DNA of 248,000 nt. Origin: Wallemia ichthyophaga EXF-994. Its lineage: Eukaryota > Fungi > Basidiomycota. The stretch lies in contig NW_008806276.1 in the NCBI RefSeq assembly GCF_000400465.1, positions 20,001 through 268,000 of the forward strand, read 5' to 3'. The notes below the pieces were generated by a model. That model saw nothing but the letters and a program-made list of their open reading frames with translations. It did no database searches and was not told the origin of the DNA. Positions 27,521 through 40,737 of this stretch are shown in pieces. The position numbers and the translations under genes were made by a program. Numbering within the stretch: position 1 is the first letter of the stretch; every line of letters starts with the position of its first letter.

Positions 27521-30088
27521 ATGACACGAAAAACACAACTAAGATCATTTCACAGTGGTCAAGTATACAGATCAGGTCCATTACAGCTAAATATCCCAAG
27601 GAAACCACCAGCACCACAACAACCCCGTCAATCCGGTGAAAGAGAGCGTCTACCCGTTCCATCACCATTCAATAACCCTCCAATGCGTACAACCGCTATG
27701 ACTAACCTCTTTCGTCACTCTCTATCTCGTTCTCGCAGTCCTATACCACAACAACAACAATCTCCTTCTCCTCTTTTTGCCAATGTTAGAAGCAGTAGCC
27801 AGAGGAGTTACACGAGCAATAGACCTGAAAACTTCCAAACACAGGCCACTCTCATCGATTCAGATAACGGTATTAACGGTAGTAGTCCAAACAGCAATCA
27901 CAGCAATCAGGGTCGAGCTGGTAGTCCGCAAAGCAGCTTCTCCAGTGGCAGAAGCAGCTTATCCAATAACAGGAGCAGCTCGAGTGAAGAAGAGAGAAGG
28001 CGGAGGATGCAGAGTGAGAGAAGTGCGGGCAGTGAAAAAAGTGCACTCAGCACCCTCGATAGAACAACCCAAACCAGCGAATTTCCTAGAGATAGACTCA
28101 CTGATATTGACTCAGTCAATCAGAAAGTAGACGGGCATGATAGAGACATACTCTTCGGAAATAACCCTCTCTTCAACGATATTGATAGCACTCCACTCGA
28201 TGACGGTGATATGTCAGCAGATAAGAGCATCCTTAGTGACAGAGAGAAGCGCATGTCCACCCAACTCATACAGAGCAGTCGCGCTACCCCTCCTCCATCC
28301 AACAAGCGCGAAAAGGGCAAAGGAAGAGTGAGAGGGGAGAGAAAGAAGGAGACGAATATGGATCCAGAAAGGGAGAAGGATATAGAGAAAGAAACAGAAA
28401 AGGAGAATAGCACTGTGGATAAAGCCCACCCCTCTACAGAGCCCACCGAGGACTTTGACAGCCTGGTCGCACCTACACCCCAACAAGCCCCCGCTTCAAT
28501 TAAAAAGAGAGCCCGTAAATCTGATACCAACGAGGTTAAGGAAAGAAAAAAGGCGCGTAAATCTGACAATAAAGAGGCAAAGAAAGCACGCAAGTCTGAA
28601 AACAAATCCAAGAAAATGCGTAAATCACGTGTGACAGAGGATGTAGATGTTAAAGCTGAAACTGATCAATCCCAGCAAGCCCAACAAACCCAGCCATCAA
28701 AGAAGAAGGAGGAGAAAAAAGAGAAGAAAAATAAGAAGGATAAGGCTGCAAGAGAATCCGATAGTCGTCAGGTTAGACGCAGGAGGGGTGGTGTCCAGGA
28801 GGTAAGATCTGATGAAGAAGACGAGACCAGGCCTAGAAAAAGCGAAAGCACAGTTTTCAAAGTACCAGAGTTACCAGCGAAACCAGTCAAACGTAAAAGA
28901 AAGTCAGCGATACGACATGCGTACAGAGATGGCAAAACACAAGCTGATGTGGATAGAGAAGATGCAGCAGCAGCAAAGGCAGCTAAAAACCTAGCGAGGA
29001 AGCGTAAGAAGGACAGACGAATTGATGACGAAGAGATGCATCTTTTCCACACAATCTCTCTATCAGACCAAACGACGATGAATCCATTCGCTCAAGATAT
29101 CGACAAAAAACATGAGGCTGTTGCTAGCAGGGCAATAGCGAAATCTCAACGACAAATAAACGAGATTGATGTGTTTTGGAATTTGCTCGTCAACGAGGTT
29201 GATGATGTAATTGATCAAACTGAGTCACGCACACTTTTGCACGATATCAGACATTTCAATGCACTCCTTGAGAAGGAGTTTACCGAGAAGGTGGGCAGAG
29301 GTCTTCTTGGTGTAATCACCTTTTTCACCTAACAATCCCCGCAGACGGTATGGTTTGAGTATTGCGTCGCTCTCAATGCTCGTTTGGCAACTGCTAAAGC
29401 GCAACAGAAGGATATGCGCAAACGGATCCTTGAGACCCAGAAGTCAATTGCACAAGTATCCAAGCAGATGGCTGGGGTGCAGCAGGATTGGACAGAGAGC
29501 AAGCTACATAGAGAAGAAATGAGCAAGTTGAATTTGTGGATGAATGATGTCCAGTCTCGCAGAATACCACTCGTGGCTGGAGAAGAGATGGATATCGACA
29601 AGAAGGCCAATGTGCAGCTTAAGCAAGAGGTGTCAGATATCTACTCAAGTATTGAGCTCATCCGAACAGTATACTCAGAGGATCCTGATAGCTTCGCTGG
29701 GAATGTACAGCGGTTTGGAAATACCCAAGATAACGCTGGGAAATGCAGGATGTATGGTGTCTTTGATGATGATGGGGAGACTCTACCGGCGGACGAGGAC
29801 TACGAAGACATAATTTATGAGATGGAGTGGGATAGCGCGGGTATTGTGGGAGATGGCAACATTGCAGCCGCGGAAAATGATCTAGATGAAGAGCAATCCA
29901 GCGACGAGGAGAGTATAGGCAGTGTTTCAAGCGAAGATGTCAGCATTGATAGTGATAGCGTGTTCGTGAGCGATGTAGGCGATGTGAGCGACGAAGAAAG
30001 CTCAAGGCAGGTTGATGACGATAGTAGAGTTGCTGCGACGACGGATAGCCCGAATTCGTCACCGTCGTCAGGACACAAAGATATCTAA
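27521..30088 (+). CDS. Uncharacterised low-complexity, charged, partly coiled-coil protein
   Basis: 603-aa and 234-aa same-strand ORFs separated by a short probable intron. Confidence 0.5.
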
Positions 30089-30379
30089 TACGTGAATGTA
30101 ATTTATAGTTTTATTTGCAGCATATTTTATAGCCAAAGACATAGCCATGGGTTAGATGGCCAGCTTATACAGAAGATATAAGGAGAGAAATTAGGGATTT
30201 AAATACCCACACACTCACTCACACCCACTCAAATCGCCGTTAATTATCAAATAATTTTTTACCTGAGAATCGACTTGTGAAAAATCCTCCTGAGATGCTC
30301 GCCTAGCAACGCTCACGTCCAGGTAAATTTGAAAAAAACGAGAAAAGGGATAAATATTGATATACGCACGCAGGACAGA

Positions 30380-30882
30380 ATGCCAGCCAAGAACGTCACA
30401 CAAACCACCAACAAGGCCTTGTCAGCTCGCAAGCACACGCTCAAGGGTGGTCAAACCAACAAGAGTCGTAAGATCCGCACTCAAGTGCACTTCTACAAGC
30501 CAAAGACGTGAGTAGTGCGGGTATAGAGTTTGCGGGCTGTTTGCTCACCTAGATTCCTCGCAGTCTCCGTCTTCCAAGAGACCCAAAGTACCCACGTAAA
30601 TCAATTCCTTCTCGTGGCCAACTCGACCAATATCAAGTTATCCAGCTCCCAGTCAACACTGAGGCAGCTATGAAGAAGGTCGAGGATGACAACACTTTGG
30701 TCTTCACCGTCGACAGAAGAGCTAACAAGCGTCAAATCAAGGACGCTGTTAAGAAGTTATACGACGTTGACGCGGCAAAGATCAACACTCTCATTCGTCC
30801 TGATGCATCAAAGAAGGCTTTCATTAGACTCACTCCAGACCACGACGCCCTTGACGTTGCCAACCGTATTGGTTTGCTTTAG
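30380..30882 (+). CDS. RPL25: 60S ribosomal protein uL23
   Basis: [31 protein letters not shown]. Confidence 0.93.
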
Positions 30883-30942
30883 ATGGCTCTGGTTGTTTGT
30901 TTAACTAAAAGGCTTTTTGTTCATGCACGTGAATTAACATAT

Positions 30943-31726
30943 TTAATCTTGTCTCACTGGTATTTGGTGGAGTAATCCGAATCCAACGCCGCCTGAAGTA
31001 TTTAGACCTATTCTGATAATAAACGCCAAACTCACATCCCAATAAACCTTCCCCTCCCCATTGCCTGTTGGGTACTAGAACTACCTCACGCAGAGTATCG
31101 AAATCGAATGAGTAGACATAAAGCCTTAAAGGTTTATCTGTGTGCTGGTGTACGTGTTAATCTGTATCCTTCAATATCACCTACTCCTCACCATTTCCAC
31201 CAAATCATAGAAATCATTTTCTTGTCTGAGTACACCACCTGGCCATCCAATAACCCAATCACCGTATGGAACCAGACCAGCTGATTCTGCAGGACTTCCC
31301 GTGATAACTTCGAGTATATGCCAAACATTATCAAGTGCACTAGACATTGCCCTGTTTGCGTCACATGCTCTCAAAGTTAAACCGAGCAAACTGTCATCAA
31401 TTTCATTCCATTCTATTGAAGGGACTATCGATACGTCTGTTGAGCTTTAATGAGCCTGGAAATCCTCTAAATAACACCGCAAACCAACCTCTAAACGTCT
31501 GTCTCTTCGATGACCAGATTGTAATATTCACACGTCTATCCTTATGCTCCTGCACGATATCCTGCAAAGGTTTATCTGCCAATTCCTCTCCGTCGGCTGC
31601 CTCAGGCTTAGCGCACGTAATGAAATCGAAGAAAGGCTCAATTGATGCTTTAAACGCGGGTGAGTTACTCCTAACACGGACAACATGAAACCAAGTCTGT
31701 TCAATTGAGCTCGATTGATTTCCCAT
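30943..31726 (-). CDS. GRH1: GRASP55/65 Golgi reassembly stacking protein
   Basis: MGNQSS myristoylation motif, FHVVRV, SPAESAGLVPYGDWVIG, WGGEGLLG. Confidence 0.85.
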
Positions 31727-31781
31727 CGTTTTTTTATTCAATTCCTTGGTCGTTTCCTCTCAAGTGGACACAATCACAGCC

Positions 31782-34703
31782 ATGGCCACGCGTGCTAATC
31801 CACTAAAGAACAATGCCTCTAAATTCGCTTTCTTAACAATGCATCCTCCGCCTGGCTACGTTGCTGGATTGGGTAGAGGTGCTTCTGGTTTCACTACTAG
31901 ATCAGATATTGGCCCTGCAAGAGAAGCTGGCTCTATGGAAGATCCCGCTTCAGATTTACACTCAAATGCAAATTCAAAAGAAATTGAACCCGAGCAATTC
32001 CAGGATCCTGAGAATGAGACAGGTTTATTTGCAGGCACAGTTTATGACAGGGATGATGAGGAGGCTGATAAGATATACGATATGATCGACGATAAAATGG
32101 ATGAGAGGAGACGCGCAAAGAGGGAAGCCGCTGAGAAGAAATCTCAGGAAGCTCATTTAGCAGCTAACCCTAAAATCCAAACTCAGTTCTCCGATCTTAA
32201 ACGCTCTTTGGCTCACGTTAGCGAGGAAGAATGGGGCGCCCTCCCTGAAGCTGGTTCCCTTACCGGTAAACGTCGCAAGAACAACACTCGCAACGATGGT
32301 AAAAGTTATGTTGTTCCTGATAGCGTTCTCGCTGGTGCAAGAGAGAAAAACGAATTGAGCAGCTCAGTGGATGATGACGCTGGTGTTGCAACTCCCGCTT
32401 CCTCCGGAAATACCACAGATTTTCGTGAAATTGGTCAAGCTAGAGATAAATCCTTGTCTTTGCGTCTCGATCAATTGAGTGGTGCGAGTGGGAGTGGCAG
32501 TGCGAGTACTAGCGCTGGTACCCCCAGTAGTACTCAATCTAGCAATGATAGCTCCACCTTCACCCCTTCAACCTCAAACGCCACAGGGACATCAACCTCG
32601 GTTGATCCTAAAGGCTATCTATCCGGTTTGAACTCTGTTCAACTTAAATCAGACGCCGAGATTGGCGATATCAAAAAGGCAAGAGCTCTACTCGAGAGCG
32701 TCATAAAAACCAACCCAAAGCACGCCCCAGGTTGGATTGCTGCGGGTAGAGTTGAAGAAGTTGCCGGTAGACAAGCTGTAGCGAGAAAGGTCATTGCAGC
32801 TGGCTGTGACAACTGTCCGAAATCTGAAGATGTTTGGTTGGAAGCTGCACGTCTTAATATACCACAAGACGCAAAAGTCATCCTTGCCAACGCCATCAGT
32901 CACCTACCACAGTCAGTAAAGATATGGCTTAAAGCAGTCGATCTAGAGAACGATCCTAAATCTAAACGTAGAGTTTTGAGAAAGGCTATTGAGTATATAC
33001 CGAACAGTGTCAGGTTGTGGAAAGAAGCTGTAAATATGGAAGACGATCCACAGGATGCTCTCATCTTACTAGCACGCGCAACTGAGTTGATTCCATCATC
33101 AGTCGAGCTCTGGCTGGCGTTAGCTAGATTAGAGACACCAGAAAACGCCAAGAAAATTATCAACAAAGCACGCAAAACTATACCAACATCACATGAGATA
33201 TGGATAGCTGCTGCAAGACTACAAGAGCAAGTTGGAGCATCGAGCAATGATATTGATAAGCTGGTGAACAACGGTGTTGGATCTTTGAGATCATCAGGTG
33301 CTCTCTTATCGCGTGAACAATGGTTGAAAGAGGCTGAGAGAGTTGAGCAAGAAGGATCTCCGCTCACATGCGCAGCTATCGTAAAGGCTACTATTCATCA
33401 TGAGATTGAGGATGAAGATAAATATGCCGTTTGGATGGACGATGCTGATTCGTTGGAGGATAGAGGATCGATCGAGACTGCAAGAGCTGTCATTGCATTC
33501 GCACTCAAGGTCTTCCCTGAGCGCTCTAAGCTTTGGAGGCGAGCTGCTGAGCTAGAAAAGCAGCATGGGAATAGGTGGGTATCTCGTGTTGACTCAATCG
33601 CCAGGCTAACGAAGCATAACAGAAACACCCTCACAGATATACTCAAAACAGCTACACAAAATTGTCCGAAGGCAGAAGTACTCTGGTTGATGCTTGCGAA
33701 GGAACACTGGCTTGGTGGAGATGTGGACTCTGCTCGACAAGTCCTAGGTGATGCCTTCAACGCTAATCCATCCTCTGAAGCAGTCTGGCTAGCTGCTGTC
33801 AAGTTGGAAGCTGAAAATAACGAAATTAAGAATGCGAGAATGTTGCTCAATAAAGCAAGACTACAATCTTCCACTGAAAGGATATGGATGAAGTCTGCAG
33901 TCTTTGAACGACAGCATGGCAATAGCATCGAAGCATTGAAATGTGTAAATGAGGCACTCACAAAGTTTCCCACGTTTGACAAACTCTACATGATCAAAGT
34001 TGGTTTACTCGATGGTAATGTTGACGGCGGTGGTGATGATAATGGTAGTAGAAGCAACAACAAAGAGATAAGAGACACATTCGCAGCAGCGCTTAAGAAA
34101 TGTCCTCAATCACCCACACTATGGATACTGTCTTCACGATTCGAAGAAAAGATGGGCGTTATTATCAGATCGCGCGCACTGTTAGAGAAGGGTCGTCTCA
34201 TCAACAAAAACTGCGACATACTATGGGCAGAAGCTATTAGAGTGGAGGAGAGAGCGAATGCAGGAAATCAAGCAAAAGGATTACTCTCAAAGGCACTCCA
34301 AGAGTGCCAAACTTCCGGTCTATTGTGGTCTATTGCTATTTGGATGGAACCTCGACCATCTCGAAAGACAAAATCAGTTGATGCGTTACGTAAAGTGACA
34401 GATGATCCAACTATAATTGTCACAGTCGCTCGTATGCTTTGGATGGAAGGTAAGAAAGACAAGGCTAGGTCGTGGTTGAGTAAATCATGTAAAGCTGATC
34501 CAGACAATGGTGATCATTGGGCATGGTGGTATAAGTTTGAGCTACAAGATGGCACACAAGAAAATGCACAGAATGTACTGGAATCTGCTAAGCAAGCTGA
34601 ACCACATCATGGTGAAATTTGGCAGTCCGTAATTAAAGACGATGCTAATATCGGTAAAGCGTATAATGTACTAATTAAGCAAACGGCAAGCAAATTATCT
34701 TAA
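31782..34703 (+). CDS. PRP6: Pre-mRNA splicing factor Prp6
   Basis: YVAGLGRGASGFTTRSDIGPA, HAPGWIAA, HAT repeats. Confidence 0.95.
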   Translation: MATRANPLKNNASKFAFLTMHPPPGYVAGLGRGASGFTTRSDIGPAREAGSMEDPASDLHSNANSKEIEPEQFQDPENETGLFAGTVYDRDDEEADKIYDMIDDKMDERRRAKREAAEKKSQEAHLAANPKIQTQFSDLKRSLAHVSEEEWGALPEAGSLTGKRRKNNTRNDGKSYVVPDSVLAGAREKNELSSSVDDDAGVATPASSGNTTDFREIGQARDKSLSLRLDQLSGASGSGSASTSAGTPSSTQSSNDSSTFTPSTSNATGTSTSVDPKGYLSGLNSVQLKSDAEIGDIKKARALLESVIKTNPKHAPGWIAAGRVEEVAGRQAVARKVIAAGCDNCPKSEDVWLEAARLNIPQDAKVILANAISHLPQSVKIWLKAVDLENDPKSKRRVLRKAIEYIPNSVRLWKEAVNMEDDPQDALILLARATELIPSSVELWLALARLETPENAKKIINKARKTIPTSHEIWIAAARLQEQVGASSNDIDKLVNNGVGSLRSSGALLSREQWLKEAERVEQEGSPLTCAAIVKATIHHEIEDEDKYAVWMDDADSLEDRGSIETARAVIAFALKVFPERSKLWRRAAELEKQHGNRWVSRVDSIARLTKHNRNTLTDILKTATQNCPKAEVLWLMLAKEHWLGGDVDSARQVLGDAFNANPSSEAVWLAAVKLEAENNEIKNARMLLNKARLQSSTERIWMKSAVFERQHGNSIEALKCVNEALTKFPTFDKLYMIKVGLLDGNVDGGGDDNGSRSNNKEIRDTFAAALKKCPQSPTLWILSSRFEEKMGVIIRSRALLEKGRLINKNCDILWAEAIRVEERANAGNQAKGLLSKALQECQTSGLLWSIAIWMEPRPSRKTKSVDALRKVTDDPTIIVTVARMLWMEGKKDKARSWLSKSCKADPDNGDHWAWWYKFELQDGTQENAQNVLESAKQAEPHHGEIWQSVIKDDANIGKAYNVLIKQTASKLS

Positions 34704-34817
34704 CAAGTTGATAAATTTGGTATACAATATTTAAAGTCAAGTGTTCAAATCAAAATTATTTATTTTCTTCAATGAGTAACTCATGTTACTCATGTTGCTC
34801 AATAGAAATAATTTATT

Positions 34818-37458
34818 TCAATTTCCGTTGGTGGATTGGTTAGCTTGTGTTTGCGTTGGGTGCGTTGGGGCTTGAGTTTGATTTTGTGCGTTGGCTGCCA
34901 CTTGAGCTTGAGCCTGTGCCTGAGCCTGAGCCTGCTGGTGTGCCAACAACTGCTGTCTCCAAAATGCAGCCAATTGAGGATTTGATGCCATCTGTTGAGC
35001 AGTTAAACCACCAGCGTTTGCTTGCTGTTGTTGTTGCAATTGATTTGGTTGTGGTTGTCTCACTTGCTGTTGTTGTTGTTGTTGTTGTTGTTGCTTCGCA
35101 AGCAGGGCTGCCAACATCTGTTGCTGACTCAATTGATTATTCGGTGCATTATTGTTGTTATTCTGACTTGCCATCAACTGCCTCATTTGATTGAGATGTT
35201 GTTGAGTTTTTGTCGACTGTAACAATGCATTCATTTGAGCTTGGGATGGTGGTTGGAGGGGATGTATTGGTTGCTGTGGTTGTTGATGTTGATGCTGTTG
35301 TTGTTGTTGCTGCTGGGCAAGCAACTGTTGAATTGCATTATACGTTGGGTTATTCGGAGGCAGCGAAGCGTTCCCATTCATTTGAGGAGTGGGGGGTTTA
35401 GGTGTAGATTGCGTGCTTTGCGTACTTTGCGCAGGTTGTTTAGACGCTCCCGTACCATTCATTGCTGAGTTGCTCTTCTGTAACGGCGTCGACTGCGCAT
35501 TCTGCTGAGAAGCTTTTCTTATCAAATGCTGAGCTACCTGTGGCTTTCCATTATTCTGTGCATTAGAAGCGTTCGAATTATTTCGCTGTAGCTGTTGCGC
35601 TTTGTTATTGGGATTAGGTCGAACGATTGTGTAATTTGGAAGTGGTGGTGGTGGTGCCAATGCTGCCTGCATCGCTGCATCAACGTGACTTGTAGGTGCC
35701 GTCAAATTATTGATATCATCTTCCGTGAGTAATGATGCACGATGTCGCATAAATCTGGGGTTTTTTATTATTATCACCTTTTCTTAGCACTCCTTACTTA
35801 CCTCTCATCGTAATCGTCTATCAACAGATTTTCACCTTTGTCACCAAATGTTGGTCCTAAGCCTTTGACATTCTTTGTATAAACCACATCCGCGTCATAC
35901 TTCTGCAACTCCCTCAACTTCCTCTCATCATCATCGAGGTTGCTGCTGTCATCATCGCCATAATCGATAAACGGATGGCGTCTGTCGAGTATTCTTCTAC
36001 CACCTCTTCCAATCCTCAACCTGAAAGTTCTTCTACCCATCTCACCATCGTCATCAATGTCATTAGGCAGTGCACGATAGAATTTAGAGCCAGGGAAATG
36101 GTTTGGTATAAGGGATGACTCTGTAAAGTCTTCCCACATTTGGTCTGCCTCTCGTTTAGCAAGTATATGTTTCTCGATGAGTGTAGCGATCGGTACAGAT
36201 GCTTTATCGTTATTAGTGTTGACAGAAGGCGAAGCGTTATTTCTCTTGTTGGGCAGCTTAGTCTCGACTTTAATTCTCTTTGGTTTGTGACCGGATAGCA
36301 ACTCATCATCAGCTTTTCCATCGTCAGGACCAACAACGCCAAGTTTCCTCTTGACGGTTCTAAAAGTATGTCGTAACTGTGATATACTTTTGTCCATATC
36401 AACAGCCTCAGCTTTCTTTTTCTCTCTATCGATAACCCTGACAACAAGCTGCTGAGCTGCGATGAGTTCTTTATGGAGCTTCTCCATTTTTTCAACCGAT
36501 TGTAGATCAGCCCTGCGTGTTTTGCGAACAGGCTTGACTTCTCTGCGTCTGAAACAAACATAAGGATCGCCATCATTGCTTTCGTCGTAGTTGAGCTGTG
36601 GGTGAATTGGTTTACCTTGCCGTCTGACTCGACGTGCACGCCAATGTTGATAGATAATCTGACCAAGCTTGACGAGGTTGTCAGGTGTAATTGTGAGCTT
36701 AAGAGGAGCAACGTTTGGGAAGTTGTCGAGGAGATCATGTTTCTTGAGATGTAATTGGAATTCTGAGAAGTCTGGGATTCTGGATAGGTCCTGCGTGGGT
36801 GTTAAAGAGGGATAAGGGTTTAAATTAGTGGAATAAAACGCACGGTATGGAGAGTAGGAGCAATGTCGTCAGTAACCTTCTCAAAAACACTCATAACCAA
36901 TTCAAAGAGATTGTCGTCGATGAGTATGTCATTGTTCTTCTTCTCATCCTTACTACTAGCGTCTGTGGAAGTACCCTCACCTTTGACCGCCTTATTATGC
37001 TCCTGGATGAACTTATAATCTCGTTCATCGATTGTATACACTAAACCACCCAATTGAGCTTCTTCGATTGTGTCGCTGTACTTGATATAGGACCAGGCGT
37101 CAGGGTACTGGTTCGGCTTGTATAGCTGATAGTAATTAGTGACTCTGCCTGTAGCATCCGGGGTTGGAATGATACCCAAAGAGTCATCTTGAGGGGTTGA
37201 AAGAGCATTTTCATCAACAGAATCAGCTTTATCATTATTGGAAGCAGATTGAGTAGTGTCATGTGAAGGCTTAGAACGAGCATTCCTCTTTTGAGACGCG
37301 TTTATCGCGTTTTGAAGGTGAGTCTCTTCAGCCTCAGCCGAGTCAACACCGGTGGTAGCCTTCGACTCATCATCAAAGGAATAAGATTCAGCGATAAATT
37401 GAGGTCTTTTAACGATTTGTAGCCTACTTCTGGCTGTAATTTTAAGTCTTCTGGACAT
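34818..37458 (-). CDS. EPL1: Enhancer of polycomb-like protein (NuA4)
   Basis: TTGVDSAEAEETHLQ, IPTPDA, FRLRIGRGGRRILDR, Q-rich tail. Confidence 0.85.
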
Positions 37459-37752
37459 GGTGATAAGTGATGTGCTGTCAGTGTGGCCAATAATAGAAAT
37501 CCACAAAGACGACTCGTATAATCTAATTTAGATTTAATTTAAATTATTATTTCTTGTTTTTTTACGCTGCTTTGTGGCATCCACTGACGCCGGAATCGGT
37601 CAAATTTGTTGAGCGTGAATTGTTAATTTAAAATTCGTAAAAACTAAAGGAGGAATAAGAAGATTAAATTTATTTATTAGAGTTCTATTTTGTTGTTAGT
37701 GTGTTTAGATATATATATAAATACCCTTAAAACCCACACAATAGAATCATCA

Positions 37753-38785
37753 CTACCGCCTACTCCTATCCATCCTTTTAAGCGTCTCTTTGGCCTTCTT
37801 CCTCTGGCCATACTCCTGTCCACGCTCTGCTTGAAGTTCGTTATACTTACGCTTAGCGTACCTTTGTCCATCCTTATCCTCGAGTGCTTCATTGATGAAT
37901 CCTTTAGCGTTCCTCCTCGCTTTAGCATCTTCTGCGCCATCTGCGAGTGAATCTCCTGCGTTCCTACCCGGCAATATTCTCCCGATGGCAAAATGTTTCG
38001 GTAATTTCTGCTTACCGCCTTTGTAGAAGCGTTTAGGGTCGAGAGAGTTGCGTAATTGGAGTGCCTCTGCTTCACGTCTCCACTGTGGAAGGAGTGCTGA
38101 AGGTGGAGCAGGTAAATCGAACCAATCTTTCCCGGCGGTGGATTCTTTCGACTGTTTTTTCTATGTTTAGAAGGAAACTAATGGCAATATAACATCAACT
38201 AACCTCTTTCAACTGCCTCCTCGATGGCTTTGTACCTGCATCATGTGCTGGTCTACTAGACATAGCCGCAGAAGCCCCGTTCAAAGCATTTTCTGTTTGT
38301 TTTTCAATGGCAGATATCTGATTGTGGTTGTGTGAGTTGTAATATACCTCATAACCCTCCAACACACCTCCAATTCACGCTTCTTGGGCACTGTCTGCTT
38401 AAAATTATCAGATTTTCTTTGAGATGGCTTGAGCGGGGGGAGTGTGTTTAGATTGTAGCTGCTGGTGAGCGTTGGAATAGGTCTGGCAGGGAATGTGAGT
38501 CTGAGCGAGATCTCTGCTTGGTAGATGAGCTCACTGCTTTGACTCCTGAGCCGCGTCATCCAGCTTGACCAAATCATCGTTGAGATTGAGATGATCGTTA
38601 TTTGTGTTGGACAGGTTTGTGCGGGCGCTGTTGAGAAGATGGGAGAGATGGGAGTTGTTATCGTCGTTGTTATCGTCGTCGCTGCTGTTGCTGACATCGC
38701 TGCTGCCGTCGCTGCCATCGCTGCTGCTACCACTGCTCACGCCGCTCTCATCTCTCCTCAGAATCGCTTCTGACATGGTAGACAT
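37753..38785 (-). CDS. FCF2: rRNA processing protein Fcf2
   Basis: Spliced KDWFDLP...LQLRNSLDPKRFYK, YAKRKYNELQ. Confidence 0.8.
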
Positions 38786-38803
38786 TCACCAACCAACATC
38801 CTA

Positions 38804-40497
38804 ATGATAAATTGGATTAAAAATGTTAAAAATGAAAAATCTAAAGATATCCCAAGTCCCTCACCGGCTCCATTTCTGATTCCCAAGTATCCTTCCACTC
38901 GGCTTCTAATTCTCCCCTTATCGCTCATCCCACTCGTCGCGTACAGCTACAACGTCTTGATGCCAGCCGTGGTTATGGCTATCGTGGCTTTCTGCAGCTC
39001 TATCACTCTCATCCCCTTATCCTCTCACTGTCTCGCTAGAGTGGGCTTGAGAGGCAGGGATCTCCTTAAACCTTACAAGCAGCTGGTGTGGGTTTGGAAA
39101 TAGCTGCTTATTCCCCCTCTCACCCCCAAAAAGCCCCGAATCTCTCGGCATTGTTCCGGCGTGCGTTTTGATCGTGTTGCTCTTCCTATTCACCCCAGTT
39201 TTCTTCGCGAATCACCTCAAAACACACGCTAGCAATCTACAGCCACAATTTCCTCATCATAAAGTGGGTATTTATTACTCACTCACTCAAGCTCACCTTG
39301 ATAGCTCTCCACTTACCTTTCTGCGTTACTCTCCCTCCAAACTGCAACTCTCCTCGGCTTCTTAGACGACCTATTCGATATTCGCTGGAGGTATAAACTG
39401 CCGATCCCCCTGATTGCCAGTATACCCATGTTAGTTGTGTATTTTGCAGAAGGGTGAGTATTTTTTTTTCACGCTAATGTCTCACCTCATACAAAGACAC
39501 TAAACTTCCATAGCGGCATAACAGACGTCGTTATCCCTTTGCCCTTACGCCAGCTACTGGGCCGGGTGGTGCATCTGGGTAGGTGCGAGCAGCAATGATG
39601 TCATGCGCTGACCACCCCGATAACAGGCCCCCTCTACTACATATACATGGCGATGCTATCTACGTTCTGCACCAACAGCATCAATATTCTTGCCGGCATA
39701 AATGGGATAGAGGTGGCGCAAGCGGTTGTGATAGCGGGGAGTGTCGCCATTAATGATCTCTTACACCTGCCCTTATCGCATGGTTTCGTCAGCCATCTCC
39801 CGCAATTCGCTGCTCATTGGTCATCGACCGCTCTCGTAGGCCCCACTACACAGGAGCAAGCTGAGCGCCACCTCTTCTCCCTCTGCTTCATGCTTCCCCT
39901 TATAGGCGCGTCGCTGGGGCTGCTTTATCATAACTGGTGGGTTGATCACGACATTAATAACTAATTACTTAACTCACCAACTCACCATTTTACAATCTCA
40001 TCCTACTCAGGTACCCCGCACGCGTATTCCCCGGTGATACCTACTGTTATTTCGCCGGCATGGCATTTGCGATAGTGGCGGTCTTAGGGCATTTCTCCAA
40101 AACGTTGCTACTTTTCTTCCTACCGCAAGTGATCAATTTCGGTTTGTCGACCCCGCAGCTATTCGGACTGATGGCATGTCCGCGGCACCGTGTGCCGCGG
40201 TATGTGCATGGCACGGGAGTACTTGAACCGAGTCGGGCGTATTTCGACAAGCCGCCCGCCTTCTATGTGAGCGTGCCGCTGCGTGTGCTGAGCGCCGTAG
40301 GCGTTGTGCAGCTGGAGGTAGGCGGCAACGGACGCATTACTTGCTCTACTAACCTCACCCTCCTCAACGCCTTCCTCTGTCTCTTTGGCAAAATGTCGGA
40401 GCGTCAACTCGCTTCTGTCACCGTCGTCTTCCAAGTTGCTTGTTCTGTCCTCGCTTTTGCTGTTAGATATGGCTTGGCGGGGTTGGTGTATGATTAG
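38804..40497 (+). CDS. ALG7: Dolichyl-phosphate GlcNAc-1-P transferase
   Basis: FCTNSINILAGINGIEVAQ, YPARVFPGDT, GHFSKTLLLFFLPQ, CPRHRVP. Confidence 0.92.
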
Positions 40498-40737
40498 ATG
40501 TAAGTGTAAGTGTAGATATAGATATAGATGGTTTGCGTGTGCATCGAGTGTGTCGCGTGTATTGCATGCCAAGAAATTTATAATATTCACGTCCGCTCCC
40601 GCTGTGGCTGCTTATCTTGTACCAGCACAGCGAACAAAGCACACACTACAACTTAAATATAAAGACAATGGTAAAAATCGGCAGACTAGATTTAAGCAGA
40701 CCGCCGTCGATTCTGCCTAAATTTCTACAGCATCCGT